Part shown: piece by piece, positions 59,342-64,000 of the stretch
Position numbering within the stretch: position 1 is the first letter of the stretch
Layout of the letters: every line of letters begins with the position of its first letter
Assembly: GCA_963666205.1 (NCBI GenBank)
Contig: OY762654.1
Coordinates: 2,272,001 to 2,336,000 of the forward strand
Reading direction: 5' to 3'
DNA: 64,000 nucleotides
From: Synergistales bacterium
GTDB lineage: Bacteria > Synergistota > Synergistia > Synergistales > JAFGMB01
The notes under the pieces: model-generated
Told to the model about the DNA's origin: nothing
Databases searched by the model: none
What the model saw: only the letters and a program-made list of their open reading frames with translations
Translations under genes and position numbers: made by a program

Positions 59342-61135
59342 CTATTCTTTCGATATGGCATCGAAGGGACACTTCTCATAACATGTGCCGCACTTGATGC
59401 ACGCATCCTGATCGATGAAATATGGAGTCTGTCTGTCCCCTGTTATACATTTGACAGGACAGTTCCTTGCGCAGAGGCCGCATTTCTTGCACGCTTCAGG
59501 GTCTATTACAAAACGTACGAGTTTTGTGCAGGCACCGGCAGGACAGCGTTTTTCATTAATATGGGCTTCGTACTCGTCCCTGAAGTACCGGAGAGTTGTA
59601 AGAACAGGGTTCGGAGCAGTCTGACCAAGTCCACAGAGGGACATGTCCTTGACCATCTGCGCCAGGTTTTCAAGGGTAACAAGGTCCTCAAGGGTTCCTT
59701 CTCCCCTGGTTATTTTATCCAGGAGAAGCAGCATCTGTTTTGTACCTTCCCTGCAGGGTGTACACTTTCCGCAGGACTCGGCCTGGGTGAATTCCAGGAA
59801 GAACTTTGCTACATCGACCATGCAGTTGTCCTCGTCCATTACGACCAGGCCACCTGAACCCATTATTGCCCCTACCTCTGCAAGGGACTCATAGCTTATG
59901 GGTATATCTAGATGTTCCTCGGTAAGGCATCCTCCGGAAGGTCCGCCGATCTGGACAGCCTTGAATTTCTTGTCGTTCAGGATCCCTCCGCCTATCTCCA
60001 TCACTACCTCGCGAAGGGTTATCCCCATGGGTACTTCAACAAGTCCTGTATGTTTTACCTTCCCCGTCAGTGCAAAGACCTTGGTCCCCTTGGATTTTTC
60101 CGTGCCCATGGAGGCATACCACTCCCCTCCATTACGAAGAACGGGGGGAACGTCGGCCCAGGTCTCCACGTTGTTGATGTTTGTGGGTTTGCCCCATAGT
60201 CCGCTAACTGCGGGGAAGGGGGGTCTAGGTCTTGGCATACCTCTCTGTCCCTCGATGGACCCCATGAGGGCGGTCTCTTCACCGCATACGAAGGCACCTG
60301 CTCCCTCCTTGACATGGAGATCGAAGGAGAAGTCCGTTCCAAGGATGTTCTGTCCCAGAAGGCCGTATTCCTCGGCCTGTGCGATGGCAGTATTGAGATG
60401 TTTTATGGCAAGGGGATACTCGGCTCGACAGTATATGTAGCCTTCGTTGGCGCCCATGGCGTAGGCTCCGATAAGCATGCCTTCGATGACCGCATGGGGA
60501 TCTCCTTCCAGGATCGACCTGTCCATGAATGCCCCCGGGTCGCCTTCGTCAGCATTGCAGATGACATACTTCTTGTCGCCCTGAGATTTAGCGCAGAAGC
60601 TCCACTTGAGACCGGTGGGGAAGCCGCCGCCTCCACGGCCCCTGAGCCCCGAGGTCTTTACTTCTTCGATGACATCACCGGGTGTCATTTCTTTAAGAAC
60701 CTTTGCCAGGGCCACGTAGCCGTCACGGCTGATATATTCATCTATGCTGTCCGGATTAATGTAACCACAGTTGGCAAGGGCCACACGGTGCTGCTTCCCG
60801 TAGAAGGGGATATCCTTGTAATGGGGAACCTTGGGTTTTTCCTCGGTCCCTGTGTAGAGAAGGCGTTCCACTATCCTTCCCTTGTAAAGATGTTCCTCTG
60901 TTATTTCGGACACATCTTCAGGTGATACCCTGCAGTAAAAGGTACCTTCAGGATACACAACAACGATGGGACCCATCTCGCACATTCCATGACAACCGGT
61001 GGGTACAACAAGGATCTCATCGGAGAGACCCTTCTTTTCGATCTCCGATTTGAATTTTTCTATGACTTCATGGGAACCGCTGGAAGCACAGCCGGTTCCG
61101 GTACATACAAGAACATGAGATCTGTAGATCGGCAT
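59342..61135 (-). CDS. HydB/NuoF-like FMN- and NAD-binding subunit
   Basis: N-terminal thioredoxin-like 2Fe-2S; SGLRGRGGGGFPTG, NADEGDPGAFMDR, AFVCGEET, ESCGKCTPCREG; C-terminal 2x[4Fe-4S]. Confidence 0.95.
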   Translation of the reverse strand: MPIYRSHVLVCTGTGCASSGSHEVIEKFKSEIEKKGLSDEILVVPTGCHGMCEMGPIVVVYPEGTFYCRVSPEDVSEITEEHLYKGRIVERLLYTGTEEKPKVPHYKDIPFYGKQHRVALANCGYINPDSIDEYISRDGYVALAKVLKEMTPGDVIEEVKTSGLRGRGGGGFPTGLKWSFCAKSQGDKKYVICNADEGDPGAFMDRSILEGDPHAVIEGMLIGAYAMGANEGYIYCRAEYPLAIKHLNTAIAQAEEYGLLGQNILGTDFSFDLHVKEGAGAFVCGEETALMGSIEGQRGMPRPRPPFPAVSGLWGKPTNINNVETWADVPPVLRNGGEWYASMGTEKSKGTKVFALTGKVKHTGLVEVPMGITLREVVMEIGGGILNDKKFKAVQIGGPSGGCLTEEHLDIPISYESLAEVGAIMGSGGLVVMDEDNCMVDVAKFFLEFTQAESCGKCTPCREGTKQMLLLLDKITRGEGTLEDLVTLENLAQMVKDMSLCGLGQTAPNPVLTTLRYFRDEYEAHINEKRCPAGACTKLVRFVIDPEACKKCGLCARNCPVKCITGDRQTPYFIDQDACIKCGTCYEKCPFDAISKE

Positions 61136-61149
61136 AATTCCAGACCCCC

Positions 61150-61527
61150 CTAGTCAGCTTTCCCAATGGCAAGATCTTCCACGATCCTGCCGTTGACGAC
61201 ATGTTCAGCTATGATCCTGCTGACATCCTCTTTCCTGACATTCCCGTAGGTTATTCTTTCCTTACCGGGGATTATGACATCAAGAAGGGGTTCCTGCTGG
61301 CACATTCCGATGCAGCCTGTGGTCTGGACAGACACGTCATGGATGCTTCTTCTTTCAAGTTCCCTGAGAACTTCGTCCATTATCTCCCTGGCTCCTGCTG
61401 CTATGCCGCATGTACCCATTCCAATAACAACGGTCTTGTTGCCGGTACTTCTTGTCGAGGTCAGATCACCGCAGGATTCCTTGATCTTACGGAGATCGTC
61501 AAGACTCTTGATCTTAGCCATTGCCAT
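61150..61527 (-). CDS. Thioredoxin-like (2Fe-2S) ferredoxin-domain subunit (HydD/HndB-like)
   Basis: GMGTCGIAAGA, TGCIGMCQQEP. Confidence 0.88.
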   Translation of the reverse strand: MAMAKIKSLDDLRKIKESCGDLTSTRSTGNKTVVIGMGTCGIAAGAREIMDEVLRELERRSIHDVSVQTTGCIGMCQQEPLLDVIIPGKERITYGNVRKEDVSRIIAEHVVNGRIVEDLAIGKAD

Positions 61528-61532
61528 CCTCC

Positions 61533-62003
61533 TTACTCGAACTTGTCAAGTATTCCCTGAACTTTGTCAGGGGTAAGCCTTCCGAAGGTCTGGTCATCTA
61601 CCACCATTACAGGAGCGAGGCCGCAGGCTCCCAGACAGGCCACTGGCTCGATGGTGAAACGAAGATCATCGGTAGTTTCGTTTTCCTGGATACCTGTTAT
61701 GCCTTTGACCCTTTCCAGGATTTTAAGGCTCCCCCTTACGTGGCAGGCAGTTCCTCTGCAGACCCTGATCACGTGTCTTCCACGTGGAGACAGGTGGAAC
61801 TGTGCGTAAAAGGTGGCAACGCCGTAGATCTCGGCAGTCGGGATCTTGAGTTCCCTGGAAACGGTACGCATTGCCTCTTCCGGCAGATAACCGAAATAAC
61901 CCTGGATCTCCTGAAGAATGGGGATAAGCCCGCCCTTCTTCTCCTTCCAGGGCGATACGATCTCTTCCGTCTTCTGCACAAATTCTTCTTTCGTGTACGC
62001 CAT
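61533..62003 (-). CDS. HydC/NuoE-like 2Fe-2S subunit
   Basis: LIPILQ.IQ..FGYLP, YGVATFYAQF, VCRGTACHVRG, VACLGACGLAPV. Confidence 0.95.
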   Translation of the reverse strand: MAYTKEEFVQKTEEIVSPWKEKKGGLIPILQEIQGYFGYLPEEAMRTVSRELKIPTAEIYGVATFYAQFHLSPRGRHVIRVCRGTACHVRGSLKILERVKGITGIQENETTDDLRFTIEPVACLGACGLAPVMVVDDQTFGRLTPDKVQGILDKFE

Positions 62004-62037
62004 GTTTTCCTCCTTAATCGCATTGGTATATAGAATA

Positions 62038-62055
62038 ATGTGATGATTTTCACTT
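62038..62055. promoter_or_regulatory. Putative Rex (or CRP/FNR-type) site upstream of the hydrogenase operon
   Basis: ATGTGATGATTTTCACTT versus Rex consensus TTGTGAANNNNTTCACAA; 35 bp before the hydC start. Confidence 0.5.
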
Positions 62056-62532
62056 TCTTGAAAATAAGACGACCATTTACATTTAACAGAGAACTGGAAA
62101 AATCTACCGATAAATGCTATCTCGTTTACTCACTAAAACGATAACAACGTTTTTTGAAGGATATTATAGTAAAACGATGAAGGTCACTGAAAAAGATTCT
62201 ATTCACAATAACGTTCTGGCAATGTTAACATGATGTAATTGCCTGTACAAGGATGGATATATTATACAAAAATACAACCTGAAAAGCAGGATGAATATTT
62301 CATGTGTATGCAACTGCTGAATAAAAATATCACTTCAGCAAGACCATATGGCAGTAAGGCCTCGTTATGCCAGGGGAGCAACGTGCTCTAGCAATGTCTT
62401 TGATGTCTGGAGTTGTCATTTTATTTGTGACTTGATCCTGTTCAATATTGGCCATTGAAAGATCTTTAATATATTATTATGGCTCAGATAAGTGCTCTCA
62501 CTTCAGGAAATACGATTCGACAGGAGGGGATT

Positions 62533-63339
62533 ATGCTGGAGTCAGCTATTCGTAACGTTGAAATCCTCAGGATCTATTCTTCCGGTTCCAGGGAAAGGAG
62601 GATGGACGAGGTTATGGAGGAGAGACCCTTTATTCTGGAAGTGGATGGTCAGGAAGAGGTATCGGTGATCCTATCCCCGGGAAACGAGAAATATTGGGCA
62701 CTGGGACATCTTGCATGCCGTGGAATGATAACTTCCCTTGATGATGTAGACCGAATTACTGTTATAAAGGATAGGATCTGTGTTTTTCGAAATGTGAAGA
62801 AGACAGGTATTACCCTTACAAATAAAATGATACATACAGCATCTACCAGATTGATCGAGGGAACTTCACTTATAAAAGCTTTTCCATGTCCACTCGATGT
62901 TAAATGGAGCGTTTCCCCTTCGATATTGATAAAGGCAGTTGAAGAATTGGCTGATTCGTCGCTGTTTATTCGAACAGGGGGTGTTCATGTTGTTCTTTTG
63001 GCTTCGATTGAGGGAGAGATTCTTTTTCGAGTAGAAGACATAGGAAGGCATAATGCTGTGGACAAGTCAATAGGATGGGCCCTTGCTCACGGAATAGAAA
63101 TGGGGAAATGTTTTATGGCCGTATCAGGAAGGCTGCCAGCTGATATGGTTTACAAGGCAATCGGTTCGGGTATACCCATGCTTGCGAGTGTTTCTGCAGT
63201 AACGGCTTCAGGAGTTGATGCCGCGGTCAAGGGTGGAATAACCCTGATCGGCTTTGCCAGGAACGGACGGTTCAATGTTTATAGTTTCCCCGAGCGTATA
63301 AAGGTCTCTCAAAAAGTCAAGGGAGCCGGGGGTTTATAA
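62533..63339 (+). CDS. fdhD: Formate dehydrogenase accessory sulfurtransferase
   Basis: EERP, TGGVH, EDIGRHNAVDK.IG, SGRL...MV.K, TLIGFAR. Confidence 0.9.
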   Translation: MLESAIRNVEILRIYSSGSRERRMDEVMEERPFILEVDGQEEVSVILSPGNEKYWALGHLACRGMITSLDDVDRITVIKDRICVFRNVKKTGITLTNKMIHTASTRLIEGTSLIKAFPCPLDVKWSVSPSILIKAVEELADSSLFIRTGGVHVVLLASIEGEILFRVEDIGRHNAVDKSIGWALAHGIEMGKCFMAVSGRLPADMVYKAIGSGIPMLASVSAVTASGVDAAVKGGITLIGFARNGRFNVYSFPERIKVSQKVKGAGGL

Positions 63340-64000
63340 GATTTCGAAGCTCCTCGGGTGTGTTAATGCCTCTGAAGGAACGCCTGTATCCAGGTAGTAC
63401 CCTCAGAGCATCCTCGGGAACTATGGTTACACTAACGTCCCCGTAAAAGGACGTTAGTTTTCGTTTTTCCAGGAAGAGGCTGTTTCGAATTGCTGGAATA
63501 CAGGATGTTTTGTAAAAGGCGTGCAGGGGTTCAATGAAACCATTAAGGCGGGCGCATATTATGGAACTGTCTGCCTCCTTTGACCGCCACATGGATCTCA
63601 GTACAGCTTCCTTGACATCCGGCATATCACATCCTATTGCAAAAGCCCATTCAGTCCGGATGTTCTCAAGCCCGGTTGCAAGACCTTCCAGAGGCCCGTT
63701 CCCAGGATGGGCATCCACAACGATCCTCAGATTCCAATGTTTTCTTGCTGGATTCAGAACATTTTCCAGAGTTTCTTTGTCCTTCGACCCAACTGCAATA
63801 ATGATTTCATTGAACCAGCCAGAGAGGCGACAGATCACTCTTTCGATAAGAAGTGTTTCATCGACGGACAGAAAAAGTTTATTTCCGCCAATACGTCTTC
63901 CTTTTCCACCGCCTAGAATAATGGCGGAGGCAGGAATAATCCCGCATCCGCCGAAAGGTTTTTCCTGGACTTCAGAATTCACGTTAATCCAGTTTCTCAA
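63317..64000 (-). CDS. mobA: Molybdenum cofactor guanylyltransferase (start at or near the window edge)
   Basis: IILGGGKGRRIGGNK, GPLEGL, CDMP, EPLHAFY, INTPEEL. Confidence 0.9.
   Translation of the reverse strand: MRNWINVNSEVQEKPFGGCGIIPASAIILGGGKGRRIGGNKLFLSVDETLLIERVICRLSGWFNEIIIAVGSKDKETLENVLNPARKHWNLRIVVDAHPGNGPLEGLATGLENIRTEWAFAIGCDMPDVKEAVLRSMWRSKEADSSIICARLNGFIEPLHAFYKTSCIPAIRNSLFLEKRKLTSFYGDVSVTIVPEDALRVLPGYRRSFRGINTPEELRNLINPRLP

Noticed and set aside
55381-62053. Numerous antisense ORFs over the hydrogenase operon
   Set aside because: Shadow frames of strongly codon-biased genes, with no recognisable motifs or RBS.
62340-62412. Hairpins upstream of fdhD as a Moco/Wco RNA motif
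   Set aside because: The conserved motif segments (CCGAG, CCUAAG, GAAA-capped stem, GCCUCC) were not found on either strand.

Overview
Bacterial chromosomal window of mostly housekeeping and metabolic genes. The pilin type, the HydABCSL-type [NiFe]-hydrogenase cluster and the amino-acid fermentation genes point to an anaerobe of the Synergistota; this is an inference. The first half holds two M20 amidohydrolases, PolX, serine dehydratase, a PAS-GGDEF diguanylate cyclase, GntR-porGDAB, gnd-zwf-pgl, a Tm-1-like/TIM-barrel pair, RpiR with threonine dehydrogenase, and a c-di-GMP-I riboswitch ahead of an orphan gene. The second half holds a C45 hydrolase/FadR/dehydrogenase/DRE-TIM/TRAP cluster, a pilin with Asn-rich repeats, lysC-ridA-thrC, ilv genes, pyrRBCKD, the hydrogenase operon, fdhD and mobA. 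No rRNA, tRNA, CRISPR array or intact mobile element was seen. The best signals missed by the ORF track are four. (1) An exported rhodanese-like protein reads through two in-frame UGA codons (Y-U-A-U-P) followed by a SECIS-like hairpin, a candidate double-selenocysteine protein. (2) Two near-identical Ile-rich leader-peptide attenuators lie in tandem ahead of ilvN-ilvC-ilvB, and a third, diverged Leu/Val-rich copy precedes a second ilvN paralogue. (3) Paired LacI-type palindromes sit on the promoters of a small repeat protein and the pyr operon. (4) There are several decayed gene remnants.
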